DNA of 63,522 nucleotides, filler included, from Chiloscyllium plagiosum (Eukaryota), in the NCBI RefSeq assembly GCF_004010195.1. It is 4 parts of 2 records of this genome, joined end to end, with 100 filler letters (N's around TTAATTAATTAA, not from the genome) between each part and the next. Parts side by side here need not be neighbours in the genome. Positions count along the whole stretch, not along the records: positions 1 to 22,068 come from NC_057711.1; positions 22,169 to 42,883 come from NC_057711.1; 2 more parts are not named here. The stretch is one strand, 5' to 3'. Under the pieces are notes generated by a model. The model did no database searches, was not told where the DNA came from, and worked only from the letters and a program-made list of their open reading frames with translations. The position numbers and the translations under genes are program-made. This document shows positions 11,385 through 24,127 of the stretch, piece by piece (position 1 is the first letter of the stretch; every line of letters starts with the position of its first letter).

Positions 11385-12770
11385 TAAGGAGGATTGTTGA
11401 AGGGAGCACAGTGAATGTTGTCCATGTGCATGTTAGTGACGATTTATAACATAGTCCCACATGTAACTTAAAAGTTCATGGCATCAGTGGTAAAATAGCA
11501 AGTTGGATCCAAAATAGGCTCTGTGGTAGAAGCGGAAAGTTAATTTTGACAGATACCTTTGTGGCAGGAAGGTTGTTCAAATTATGTTCTACTGGACTCT
11601 TTTCTGAGTCCCTTGGTATTTGTGTTACATACTAAGGATTTAGACCTTTTGTCTGGAGCATAATTAAGATGTTTGTGGATATGAAAATTGGTTTAATAGA
11701 AAATCAGTTAATAGTGAAAAGGAAAATTCTAGACTGTAGGAAGCTGATGATGTATCGGGAAAGTGGGTAGAAATGTGACAAATGAATTTCAATGTGGAAA
11801 ATGAGGTAGTGTGTTTTGAGGACAAAAAAAGCAAGGGAATATGTCGTAAATGTTGGGATTCTGAAAGATGTACAGGAAGAGAGGGACCTTGAAGTGTATA
11901 TGTATAGCCACTTGAATGTAGCCAGATCAGATAGTATGGGAGGTATATAGAATACTTTGTTATTGGTTGAATCATGGAGTATGAGAGGAGGAAGGTTTCA
12001 CTAGAACTGTTAACACTCGCGAGAGTATTGTATATAGTTCTGGTCACTGAGTTATGCAAAGAAAAGAGTTTGTACTAGAGAGACCACAAAAGTCTTACAA
12101 GAATGTTGCCAGGATTAAAGAAGTTTTGCTACAAGGGGACATTTGATAGGTTGGGTGCTTTTTCTTTAGAACCTAAGAGGCTGAGAGATTTAATTGATCT
12201 GTGTAAAATTATGAGGGACAAAGATAGAATGGACAGGAAGAACCTTTTTTTGTTTGCAGAGGTCAATAATTCGTCAATGAGTTAAAGTAGTTGGCAGCAG
12301 AATTGGAGGGAGTTGAGTATGTTATATTTCAGAAGATCTGGAATGCACTGCATGAAAAAGTAGTAACCAAAACATATGCACTTGAGGTGGTGTAACTTGC
12401 AAGACTATGGACCAGGAGATGGAAGGTGGAATTAGACTGGATAGCCCTCTCTTGCAAATATGTTAGGCTGGACGGTTTTCTTCCATCCCATAAATGTTCC
12501 GACATCTTGAAGTAGGCACAGGAGTAGGCCACATAGCCCCTGAACCTGTCTCCAACCTCAATTCCACTTCTTGTCAAATCCTCTTTGTTTCCCTTTGAAT
12601 GCAAACATTTGTTAAGTTATGTTGAATATGTTCATTGACACAACTTTCTAGGGTGAAGAATTCCAAAGATTCATAGTGATGACATTTCTCCTTATCTCAG
12701 TCCTAAAGGATAATAGCCACATCTTGAAGGGAGTGCGATTGTCTGTGTCCTCTCCCATTCCTAGAGTTGG
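11385..12770 (+). mobile_element. Old CR1 LINE fragments (plus-strand body to ~12500, minus-strand 3' piece 12500-12770)
   Basis: MLPGLKKFCY...LGAFSLE..RLRDLIDLCKIM and decayed RT motifs. Confidence 0.75.
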
Positions 12771-13350
12771 AGTTTAATAACTTCCCAATAGGTTTTAAAA
12801 TGCTACCAATGCATTTTGCTCCACATGCATTATCTTTAGACCTGAAGGTTCCAGTCCTAGACTGCCAGTGCCAGTGGCACCATGCCTCAGCAAGGGTCTG
12901 TACCTTCAGTGAGCAAAGTACAGAAAAATGGCGAAACAAAACAGGTTGACTTTTCATAAAGAACATTGAAATCTTGAGAGAAAATAAGTTGAAGTTTTAA
13001 AATTGGGAAATCAACAGAGATCAAAACTGCAGTAAACTACTAGGTGCATCTGAATACACATTTACCTTGTGTTGCATCCACTGCTCTTCCACATGTGTTC
13101 CTTACCTCTAACATGGCTGCCATTGGCAATGTTCAAGAAAATCACACCCCTTGCCTGATCATTGGCCAATGCCAATATACTTTGCATACTTCTATTGGCT
13201 TTGAAATACTATTTTCTTGGAATTCTCTGGTGCAACCGTGGGCTGTGTTAGGAGTTCCTGTGAACTGGTTATGGCTTACAGACTGCAGTTTGCCCAGGTT
13301 TGTCTTTTAGTGATACCATGTGTCCTACTTCTACACAAGCGGTTCACAAA

Positions 13351-13915
13351 TGGCACAGTGGCCCAGTGATTAGCACTGCTGCTTCACAGAGCTAGGGACG
13401 TGAGTTCAATTCCAGCCTCGGGTGACTGTGTGGAGTTTCTTCTGGGTGCTCTGGTTTCCTCCCACAGTCCAAAGATGTGCAGGTTAGGGGGATTGGCCTT
13501 GCTACATTGCCCATAGTAGGTAAAAACAAGGACTGCAGATGCTGGAAACCAGAGTCTATACCTTTAAAATACCAGGATGTATCCTTTATCTAGTTCGAAA
13601 TGGATGACATTATACCTACAATGCAAATCTATCCATCATAGTTTTGCCCACTCAATCAACATCTGTTTTTAAAAGGCCCACATTACCACTGACTAGCCCT
13701 TCATCAGGAATAGGGCTTTTGCCCAAAACGTTGATTTTCCTGCTCCTCGGATGCTGCCTGACCTGCTTGTGCTTTTCCAGCACCACTCTAATCTAGACAT
13801 TGCCCATAGTGTTAGGTGCATTAGTCAGGGAAATAGGTTTGGGTGGGCTACTCTTTGAGGGATGGTGTGGACTTTGTTGGGCCAAATAGTTTGTTTCCAA
13901 ACTGTAGAGAATCTA
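13351..13915 (+). mobile_element. HE1-type SINE interrupted by a Penelope-derived insert
   Basis: Head tggcacagtggcccagtgattagcactgctgc; body resumes after duplicated acattgcccatagt. Confidence 0.85.
13518..13796. mobile_element. Non-autonomous Penelope-derived insert (inverted pLTR pair) with captured local DNA
   Basis: 14-bp TSD acattgcccatagt (13504-13517 / 13797-13810); inverted pLTR start, agcccttcatcagg, then forward agggcttttgcccaaaacgttg pLTR. Confidence 0.8.
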
Positions 13916-14222
13916 AAAAAGCATTTTCCAGTGTGATTTATTTTTGGACTTGAACATTGATGTGGTACTAGAGACCAGAAGCAAAACAAATAAAGAAACA
14001 TAGTAACATTCAGTATCTAAATATTAGGTTTTGCATATTAAAGATCAGCTTGTAATACATTTATGAACATCTATTTTTAAAGTACTGAACTTTGCAAGAA
14101 TGTTATTTTAGAGGGTAGCTGATCATAATTATTTTCCTTCCCTATCAATTATTGTAAAGAAATTTGTAAAAAAATCACAGTTATTTCAGTTTTTTAAAAC
14201 CATTTTATATTGGAAAAAAATT

Positions 14223-16215
14223 GCTAGTCAGTGGTAATCTGGGCCCTTTAAAAACAGATGTTGATTGAGTGGGCAAAACTATGATGGATAGATTTGCATT
14301 GTAGGTATAATGTCATCCATTTTGAACTAGATAAAGGATACATCCTGGTATTTTAAAGGTAAACGAAATAGCAGCGGCGGAAGACCATGGACATTTAGGA
14401 GTCCACTTACATGGATCACTAAAATGGAGTAGGTAAAAATAAATCAAAAAGGGTAATAGAATACTGGCTTTTCTGATTTGGAATATAAAGATAATACTTT
14501 GCTACAATGACCTGGTTAGATCATGTCTGCAATACTGTATACAGTTTTGGTTACCAAATCTTGGAACATGTTGGTCTTGGAAGGAGTACAGTATAGATGA
14601 ATCAAATTGTCATCGGAGCTCTAAGAATCAGATTACATAAGAGATTACAGGCATAATTTAAGTATTTTCTGAAATATAGTAAAATGAGGATGATTTATTT
14701 GATTTGAGATTTTTTAGGATCTTGAAAGGAATTGTTATCTGTTAAGATAGATAAAGAAAAGTTTTTTCTGTTGGTGTCAATAGGACAAGAGCACATAACC
14801 TTTAAATCAAAACCTGGCTGTTTGGAGGAGCTAGGGGAGCTTGCGATGCATCGATTTTCCTGCTCCTCAGATGTTGCCTGACATGCTGTGCTTTTCCAGC
14901 ACCACTCTAATCTTGACTCTGATCTCCAGCATCTGTAGTCCTCACTTTCACCAAGCTTTTCTTTCAGCAAATGGTGGTATGCAAATGGAGAATTCTCCCA
15001 TTTAAAAGGTGATAAATTATAGATCAATTAATGCTTTTACACCTGAGACTGATGGATCTTTGTTAGATACGCATATAAAGGTTATAGAGTAAATACAGGT
15101 AAATGTTGGCTTGAGTTGAAAGACTGTTCTCATAACATTGTAGAATAGTTACAGCACAAAAGGCAATTTGGCACATTGTTTCTGTTGGTTTTTTTTTGAA
15201 GGATCAGCCTCTCCTGTGCCTTTTCCCTGTTTTCCAGCAATTCCTTTCTTTTCAGATATTAACCAATTCATGAACCTGTCTCCAGCACATTCTCAGACAG
15301 TATATTAGAATCCTAACCACTTGCTGCATTAAAAATTAACTGAGCATGTCATTGCATCATTTTCCAATTATCCTTAAGTTTGTGACCTCTGGTTCTTGAT
15401 CCTGTTACCACTTGGAGCCATTTTTCTCTATCAGCTGTATGGGGAAAATGGTGGTAACATCACTTGACTTGATAATCCAAAGGCCCACTCTCATGTTCTC
15501 TAGAGAGACCAGTTCAAATCTCACCATGCCACTTGATAAAAATCTTGAAGTGAAAACTAATCTCAGTAATGGAGAACATGAAACCATCACCAATTGTTAC
15601 AAAACCCATCTGGTTCACTCATTTCCCTTTGGTAAATAAATCTTTCATCCTTACTTGGTCTGGTCTATATTTATCGCCAGATTCACAGCAATGGCCTACA
15701 AAGCATGTGTATTCAAGGGCAATTTCCATATCTCATGAATTTTTGTTTAATTGTCAAAACCCCCACATGACTCCTTAGAGAAGAGACAATTGAGAGGAAA
15801 TTTGATGAAAGTATACAAAACTGTCTCAACTTCTCTAATTTATTTATATAACTGATATATCTCATTCCTAGAATCATTCTTATGAAATTTCTTGGCACCC
15901 TATTTGCTCCTTTCACATCTTTCTTAAAATGTGTGTCCCAAACTGGATGCGTTACCCAATTAAGGCTAAACCAATGGTTTATATAGGCTTAACTTCATTT
16001 CCTTGTTTTTGCCTTGTGTGCCCCTGTGATGCTGTGTGCTTTCTTAACCGCACTGTCAACCTATCCTGTCACCTTCAGATTTTGTGCACATTTATACACA
16101 AGTTCCTCTGCTACTGTATCACGTTTGGAGCTCCTGCATTCTTCCTATGAAAATTATCATTCATGCTTCACTGCATTAAATTTCACCTTGTACTTGCCCA
16201 CCCATTCCAGCAAAC
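14223..16215. mobile_element. Cluster of old CR1 fragments (both strands) with a Penelope pLTR (14851-14952) and a SINE (15445-15720)
   Basis: Decayed CR1 RT/3' UTR motifs; pLTR tcgattttcctgctcctcagatg..gcatctgtagtcctcactttc; SINE body aaaacccatctggttcact shared with 48335-48570. Confidence 0.7.
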
Positions 16216-16257
16216 TATGGAGACGGATATGGAAGATAGAGAATGTGGGGAAATAAA

Positions 16258-18230
16258 TAAAGATTTATAAAATCATTGGGGGGATGGCTAGGATAAGTAG
16301 ACAGTCTTTTCCCTGGGGTGGGGGAGTCCAAAACCAGAGGGCATATGTTTAGAGTGAGAGGGGAAAGATATAAAAGAGACCTAATGGGCAACATTTTCAC
16401 GCAGAGGGTGGTACGTGTGTGGAATGAGCTACCAGAGGAAGTGGTGGAGGCGAGTACAATTGCAACATTTAAAAGGCATCTGGATAGGTATTTGAATAGG
16501 AAGGGTTTGGAGGAATATGGGCCAGCTGCTGCCAAGTGGGACTAGATTGGGTTGGGATATCTGGTTGGCATGGACGAGTTGGACCGAAGTGTCTGATTCT
16601 GTGCTGTATATCTCTATCTTGAAAAATGTCCATATTACTGAGGAGGTCGTGCTGGCTGTATTAAAATGCATAAAGGCAGATGAATCCCCAGGACCTGATC
16701 AGGTGTACCCTAGAACTCTGTAGAAAACTAGGGGAGTGATTGCTGAGCTCTTTGCTGAGATATTTGTATCATTGATAGCCACAGACAAAGTGTTGGAAGA
16801 CTGGCGATTGGCTAACATGGTGCCACTATTTAAGAAAGATGGTAAGGAAAAGCCAAGGAGCTAGAGATTGGTGAGACGGACCTTGGTGGTGGGCAAGTTG
16901 TTGGATGGAATCCTGAGGGACAGGATGTACATGTATTTGGAAAGGCAAGGACTAATTAGGGATAGTCAGCATAGCTTTGTGCATGGGAAATCATGTCTCA
17001 CAAATTTGATTGAAATTTTTGAAGAAGTAACAAAGAGGATTGATGAGGGTAGAGCAGTAGGCATGATCTATATGGACTTCAGGAAGGTGTTCGATAAGGT
17101 TCCCCATGGGAGACTGGTTAGCAAGGACAGATCTCATGGAATACAGGGAGAACTTGCCATTTGGATACAGAACTGGATCAGAGGTAGAAGACAGAGGGTG
17201 GTTTTGAAGGGTTGCTTTTCAGACTGGAGGCCTGTGACCGGCGATGTGTCACTAGAATCGATGCTGGGTCTACTGCTTTTTGTCATTTATATAAATGATT
17301 TGTATGTGAACGTAGGAGGTATGGTTAGTAAGTTTGCAAATGTAGTGGACAACGAAGAAGGTTATCTAAGAGTATAACAACATCTTGGTCAGATGTACCA
17401 ATGCCAAGGAGTGGTAGATGGAGTTTAATTTAGATAAATGTGAGGTTCTGCATTTTGGAAAGGCAAATCTTAGCAGAACGTATACACTTAATGGTAAGGT
17501 CCTAGCAAGAGTTGCTGAACAACACTTGGCGTGCATTTCATAGTTCCTTGAAAGTGGGGATAAAGGTAGAAAGGATAGTGAAGAAAGCATTTGGTATGCT
17601 TGCTATTTTGTTTAGTGCATTGAACATAGGAGTTGTGAGGTCATGTTGCAGCTGTACAAAACATTGATTAGGCCACTGTTGGAATACTACATGCAATTCT
17701 GGTCTCCCTGCTATGGGAAGAATGTTGTGAAACTTGAAAAGGTTCAGAAAAAATTTACAAGGATGTTGCTCGGGTTGGAGGATTTGATCTATAGGGAGAG
17801 GCTGAATAGGCCGGGGCTATTTTCCCTGGAGTGTTGGAGGCTGAGGAGTAAATTTAGAGGTTTATAAAATCATTAGGGGTGTGGATAGGGTAAATAATAA
17901 AGGTATTTTTCTCAGGGTAGGGCAATCCAGAATTAGAGGGCATAGGTTTACGGTGAGGGGGGAATGATTTAAAAGGGACCTAAGGGGCAACATTTTCACG
18001 CAGAGGGTGGAACGTGCATGTATTGAATGAGCTGCCAGAGAAAATGGGGGAAGTGGGTACAATTACAACATTTAAAAAGCATCGGAAAGGGTAAATGAAT
18101 AGGAAGGGTTTGGAGGGTTTTGGGCCAAATGCTGGCAAATGGGGCCAGTTTTATTTAGGATATCTGGTCGGCATGGACGAGTTGGACCAAAAGGTATGTT
18201 TCTAAACTCTATATCTCTGTGAATCTATAA
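16258..18230 (+). mobile_element. Two tandem CR1 (HER1-like) LINE pieces: 3' end 16258-16615 and ORF2 RT plus 3' UTR 16616-18230
   Basis: ORFs 16318-16545, 16868-17377 ([28 protein letters not shown]) and 17643-17867. Confidence 0.92.
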
Positions 18231-18734
18231 CCTGTTTATGTTCTTTTGAACTTTTAAACAATCTTTCTCACAATACTTCCAAATATTATACTGTTCTTAA
18301 ATTTTAAAATCATGCCCTGTACACTATGATTTAGATCATTAGTGTATATCAGGAAGAACAATGGTCCCAAAACTAATTCGCAGGAGTTCCACTTTTCATA
18401 AATCCCTGCTGGATTCCTTAATTAACCTGCATTTAACCAATTCATATTTTATCTGCACTCAGTGCCAAGAGGTTATTCAGCAAATGCTGACTAAATCTGG
18501 TGCCAGTGCCCCTTTAAGTAGACCAAGGCTCCCTGAAGGTGGCATTTTGACTTAATTTCTATCCAGGTTACATTCGACCATCATTGCTGATTCACACTTC
18601 AACTTAATATGTTGAACTGTGCACTGTGAATGCATAGTTGAAGGATGTTAACTTCCCAGGTACGTTTTTACGTAAACTTTTACTGTCCTGTAAGGCCGTG
18701 TAGAAGTTCATAATTATAAAATCTGCTGCTTTTT

Positions 18735-19060
18735 TAAAAATTCGCTCATGGGAGTGGGCATCACTGGCCTGCCAGTATTTATTGCCTTTCCCTAGTTGCC
18801 TTTGACAAGATGATTGTGAGCTGTCTTCTCAAATCCCTGCAGTCTGTTTGCTGTAGGTAAACCCACAGTGTCATAAGGGAGGAGGTTCCAGGATTTTGAA
18901 CCAGTGACAGTGAAGGAACTGTGATATATTTCCAAGTCAGGATGAAGAGTGGCTTGGAGGGGAACTTATAGGTGGTGGTGTTCCCGTCTATTTACAGCCC
19001 TTATGCTTCAAGATGGAAGTGGTTGTGGATTTGGAAGGTGCTGTCAAAGGATCTCTGGCA
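18735..19060 (-). mobile_element. 3' end of a second LINE family (CR1/L2 group)
   Basis: Related sequence at 55215-55400; its terminal ~60 nt match the SINE tail at 49490-49580. Confidence 0.55.
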
Positions 19061-19384
19061 AATTGAAGCATTTAAACTTAGAACTGAATTGTGCTTGCCT
19101 TTTGCTTTTTGTTTTGCAACTAATTTTTGAATGTAAATTATTTAAATATGCAAATAAATGTAAACAACTAAAATAGCATCAAACAAATGCAGATTTGTGA
19201 TTGGGGAAGGAGCAGTCATACTGTTGGTATAAAGGTGATGGATTGGACAACCATAATGCAATTGTAGTGAGAATATAATTTATGAAGTAAGGTTTATGCA
19301 GGCGTCAAGTGATGCACATCAGTTTTTTCTTCTTCAATATATCAACTCAGCCACCAGTTGACTGAGGAAGTATTTGAGGAACGT

Positions 19385-19850
19385 GATTTAAACTCCAGAT
19401 TAAGGTCATGATTTACCAAATGGAAGTGAACTGGAAGCTCCTTTATGCTTTTGACAGTTGGATAGCTTACAGCAAACACCAAAAATCCTCAACCTAGTAG
19501 CAGGCTTGTCATTCAAAACTAGCTTTGACATATCTGACTCTAGAATCATGAAGTACTTGAAACCGTGGTATGACAGGAGACTCCCAGGAGATCGGCAGAA
19601 CACTTCAGGGATATCCTCAAGGCACTCTTGAGGCAAATCTCCCTGCCTTGTGGCCAACCAGAATAGCAAGGGCTAATTCAACAAGGCACCAAGCACACCG
19701 GGAATGTGGAGAAACATATCTACTTGACCCTCCAAGCATCATCTGCCCAACAGTTGGCAGAGTTTTGCATTTTGTGTTTGTCAACCATCTCAGGATCCTT
19801 TGAAGCAGAGTGTAAGAAAATCATTCTTTTTCCCAAGGATTGCCTAAGAT
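19385..19850 (+). mobile_element. RTE-clade LINE 3' remnant
   Basis: Decayed R.PG.RQ..F.D.LK-type motif and terminal C..C zinc-finger-like region (atctgcccaacagttggcagag). Confidence 0.5.
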
Positions 19851-20497
19851 GAAACATTGCTAGCTTTAGGAGACTGAAATTTAATCTAAGACAGCTAATT
19901 CAAAAGTAGCCAGGTATGAGATAGTGAAAATTCCTGTGAAGTGGAATTGCAGTCACAGCTGGGTTATTATGAATACACTGAAAGATTGGTCAAGATTTGA
20001 GTGTAAATATTTACAACGAGGACTGGTTGTATGGCTATGTTTGCACTGGTGTAACAGAATATCTTATGCTGCCCTGGTCCCAAATGTGTAGTCTAATTCT
20101 GTTTATTTTAAGTATGCATTAATATTTGGCAGTAGTTGTGATCTTGTATAGTTGGGAACAGGGCAAACTATTCAATTTCTTGAGACAAAATCACCATTCA
20201 ATTAGATTAAGGCTGATTTGTCCCTAGGGTTGTGAATTGGCTCTACTGCAGCTAAGACTTTGTTTAATAACCAATATTCAGTTTAAGTAAATACTTTAGC
20301 TTGCTTGTTTACTTTTTAATTGAAAATAGCTGACAAACTAGTCAATTCTTCACAATCAGTAGAAACATTACAACTAATCAATGGACCATACACTATGTAA
20401 CCATGAGTGACTGCTTGCCTCTATAACCATAGTTCAATGTTTATTCTGATGAACTGTTTAAATGAGACTCTCACCTTACCAGATGTGAAACCATATT

Positions 20498-22068
20498 TAG
20501 AGTCATAGAGATGTACAGCATGGAAACAGACCCTTCGGTCCAACCAGTCCATGCTGACCAGATATCCCAACCCAATCTAGTCCCACCTGCCTGCGTCTGG
20601 CCCATATCCCTCCAAACCCTTCCTTTCATATACCCATCCAAATGCCTCTTAAATGTTGCAATTGTACCAGCCTCCACCACATCCTCTGGCAGCTCATTCC
20701 ATGCAAGTACCACACTCTGCATGAAAAAGTTGCCCCTTAGGTCTCTTTTATATCCTTCCCCTCTCACCCTAAACCTATGCCCTCTAGTTCTGGATTCCTC
20801 GACCCCAAGAAAAGACTTTGTCCATTTATCCTATCCATGTCCCTCATAATTTTGTAAACCTCTATAAGGTCACCCCTCAGCCTCCAACGCTCCGGGGAAG
20901 ACAGCCCCAGTCTGTTCAGCCTCTCCCTGTAGCTCAGATCCTCCAACCCTGGCAACATCCTTGTAAATCCTTTCTGAACCCTTTCAAGTTTCACAAAATC
21001 TTTCCGATAGGAAGGAGACCAGAATGGCCTAACCAGTGTCCTGTCCAGCTGCAACATGACCTCCCAACTCCTGTACTCAATACTCTGACCAATAAAGGAA
21101 AGCATACCAAACGCCTTCTTCACTATCCTATCTACCTGCGACTCAACTTTCAAGGAGCTATGAACCTGCACTCCAAGGTCTCTTTGTTCAGCAACACTTC
21201 CTAGGACCTTACCATTAAGTGTATAAGTCCTGCTAAGATTTACTTTCCCAAAATGCAGCACCTCGCACTTATCTGAATTAAACTCCATTTGCCACTTCTC
21301 AGCCCATTGGCCCATCTGGTCCAGATCCTGTTGTAATCTGAGGTAACCCTCTTCGGTGTTCACTACACTTCCAATTTTGGTGTCATCTGCAGACTTACTA
21401 ACTGTACTTCTTATGCTTGCATCCAAATCATTTATGTAAATGACAAGGAGTAGAGGGCCCAGCACCGATCCTTGTGGCACTCCACTGGTCACAGGCCTCC
21501 AGTCTGAAAAACAACCCTCCACCACCACCCTCTGTCTTCTACGTTTGAGCCAGTTCTGTATCCAAATGGTTCGTTCTCCCTGTATTCCATGAGATCTAAC
21601 CTTGCTAATCAGTCTCCCATGGGGAACCTTGTCGAAGGGCCTGTGCCCGAAACGTCGAATCTCCTGTTCCCTGGATGCTGCCTGACCTGCTGTGCTGTTC
21701 CAGCAATAAAGTTTGAACCTTGTCGAACGCCTTACTAAAGTCCATATAGATCACATCTAATGCTCTGCCCTCATCAATCTTCTTTATTAATTCTTCAAAA
21801 AACTCAATCAAGTTTGTGAGACATGATTTCCCTCACACAAAGCCATGTTGACTATCCCGAATCAGTCCTTGCCTTTCCAAATACATGTACATCTTGTCTC
21901 TCAGGATTCCCTCCAACAACTTGCCCACCACTGAGGTCAGGTTCATCGGTCTATGGTTCCCTGGCTTGTCTTTATTGCCCTTCTTAAACAGTGGGACCAC
22001 GTTTGCCAACCTCCAGTCTTCCAGCACCTCACCTGTGACTATCGATGATACAAATATCTCAGCAAGAG
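20498..22068 (-). mobile_element. Young CR1 (HER1-like) LINE ORF2 RT plus 3' UTR, cut by contig end
   Basis: ORF 20764-21528 GVPQGSVLGPLL..YINDL..SKSADDTK; 3' tail ctctatgactctaa; ORF 21833-22027. Confidence 0.95.
21637..21714 (+). mobile_element. 78-bp Penelope-derived mini-insert with hammerhead 3' half
   Basis: 13-bp TSD gaaccttgtcgaa (21624-21636 / 21715-21727); insert starts gggcctgtgcccgaaacgtcgaat. Confidence 0.85.
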
Positions 22069-22168
22069 NNNNNNNNNNNNNNNNNNNNNNNNNNNNNNNN
22101 NNNNNNNNNNNNTTAATTAATTAANNNNNNNNNNNNNNNNNNNNNNNNNNNNNNNNNNNNNNNNNNNN
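22069..22168. other. Artificial contig spacer
   Basis: 44 N + TTAATTAATTAA (stops in all six frames) + 44 N. Confidence 0.97.
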
Positions 22169-22610
22169 TTGGGGCAGAGGGATTGGAGGGCTGCGCGTTG
22201 TGAGGGTGAGAGGTTGGAGTGGGGGAGGGGGGTCGACAGGTTGAGGCGGTTAATGTCCCGGCGGCAGTTGGAAATTAAGAGGTCGAGGGCAGGTAATAGG
22301 CCAGCACGGGGTGTCCAGGTGGATGAAGTGAGTTGGAGGTGGGCGAAGTGGTCCTCGGAAGATGGGCGGGAATCCTGATTGTGAAAGTAAGCTGGGAGGC
22401 GGAGGCGACGGAAGAATTGTTCGATGTCACGGCGTGTATTAAATTCATTGATGCGTGGACGGACGGGGACGAAGGTGAGTCCTTTGCTGAGGACTGATCG
22501 TTCGTCCTCAGTGAGGGGGAGGTCTGGAGGGATGGTGAAAACTCGGCAGGGCTGGGAGCTGGGAGCTGGTGTGGGTGTAGAGCTGGGAGTGGGGTCGGAG
22601 CCATACCCTC
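22169..22610 (-). mobile_element. Penelope-like element ORF fragment
   Basis: Similar to 200-415; Pro/Ser-rich minus-strand ORF 22275-22652. Confidence 0.6.
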
Positions 22611-22959
22611 CCTATCTAATTGAGTGGTGAAAGTGGATTGGCCAATTCCCATGAAATTAAACTGGCATGCGCAAAATGGAACTGCTCAGGAATGGAGTCC
22701 AAATGGGCACAGCATTGGCTTCCTGGCATTTGTGGTATAATTCAAGTAAAGTTCCCTATGCCTTTGAGAAGATACAGGATCTGAAATGCCTTTGCAGAAT
22801 ACAAACTGTCATGCTTGGAAATTTAAAGCACAATCTGGTAATCATGGTAGCCTCTCAGTTGGTTCTCTGCACTGATAAATAATCAAAAGAATTGTGTTCT
22901 CAGTGCAACATCACAAGCATAAAATATTTTAAGGTTTAGTACTATACTTGTTCCAAGGG

Positions 22960-23150
22960 ATGTTAGTTAGCTCAGTTGACTGGATGGCTGGTTTATAATG
23001 CAGAGTGATGCCAACAGCATAGCTTCAATTCCTGCACTATCTGATGTTGCACCTTTTCAGCCTCTCCCCTCACCTAAGGTGTGGTGACCCTCAGATTAAA
23101 CACCACCAGTCATCTCTCTCTGAAATGAGAATGTGGGACTCTGGCAATTG
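22960..23150 (+). mobile_element. tRNA-head SINE
   Basis: tagctcagttg A-box, gcttcaattcc B-box; same family as 3815-3990. Confidence 0.65.
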
Positions 23151-23704
23151 CTGCTACTACTTGTTCCAAAGATAAAAATGCATGAAGTTTCTGTATTGTT
23201 CCTGCATTATCAATCTGATGATAGCAATAATTTTGCAGATCCATTGCATATCGCAATGTTGTTCATATTGAGTACTCTGCATTGATCAAGTTTTAATTAC
23301 GACAACATTTAAAATACAGCAAAATTGCTGCAACAACAGCATACTAGTCTCCTGTTCACATACTCCTTCTGTCTCAGACTATACCCTCCCCCATACACCA
23401 TTTCTCACACTTGACCTTTCTCCCTGTACTCGCTTTTTCACACCAGACACCAGAATACCTTAACTATTCCAAATGAGACCCTGGTTCTGTGTCCTTAGAG
23501 ATTCACATTAAATCCTAGTAACTGTACATTAACTCTTCACCGACTGTGTCGTAGACTTCTGTTTCTCTATCTCAATTTCACACTAGACCCCAGATACTGT
23601 TCTCTCATTGTTTCACATTCTAGCCACTGGAACCCTACTGTTCCACTTTGGACCCTAGGCATTCTGTCTCCACATTATCACATTAGGCTCCTCGATATCT
23701 CAAA

Positions 23705-23875
23705 AAGGAGAAAGTGAGGACTGCAGATGCTGGAGATTAGAGTCGAGAGTGTGGTGCTGGAAAAGCACAGCAGGCCAGGCAACATCCGAGGAACAGGAGA
23801 GTCGGCATTTCAGGCAAAAGCCCTTCATCAGCTACCTGACCTGCTATGCTTTTTCACCACCACACTCTTGACTCC
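23705..23875 (-). mobile_element. Penelope-derived inverted pLTR pair with decayed hammerhead
   Basis: aggagaaagtgaggactgcagatgctgg...tttcaggcaaaagcccttcatcag, followed by a forward partial arm. Confidence 0.8.
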
Positions 23876-24127
23876 TCCATGTCGAACTCCTTTGAATTAA
23901 CCCCAGCTATTGTACTTGAGTATTTCCCTTTGATATGCTATGCCTACAATCTCAGTCCTTAATTTCACTAATGCAAAATCAATCACTGAACATTTCTTCG
24001 AACAATCATATTTTATATCTTTTTCCTGATTTTCTACTCACCAATTTCCTTCTTTCCTCAAAATTTCATTCAGGATTAATATCATATTGAGAATGAACTA
24101 GAATGTTTGTTCTACTGGTGACAAAAC

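Noticed and set aside
11260..22068. NCBP1 exon 2 (GQPHKRRKTS...KVGEK)
   Set aside because: No matching sequence found by eye before the contig end; it probably lies in another contig
22113..22124. TTAATTAATTAA palindrome (also near 42928 and 61379)
   Set aside because: Synthetic linker centred in N runs
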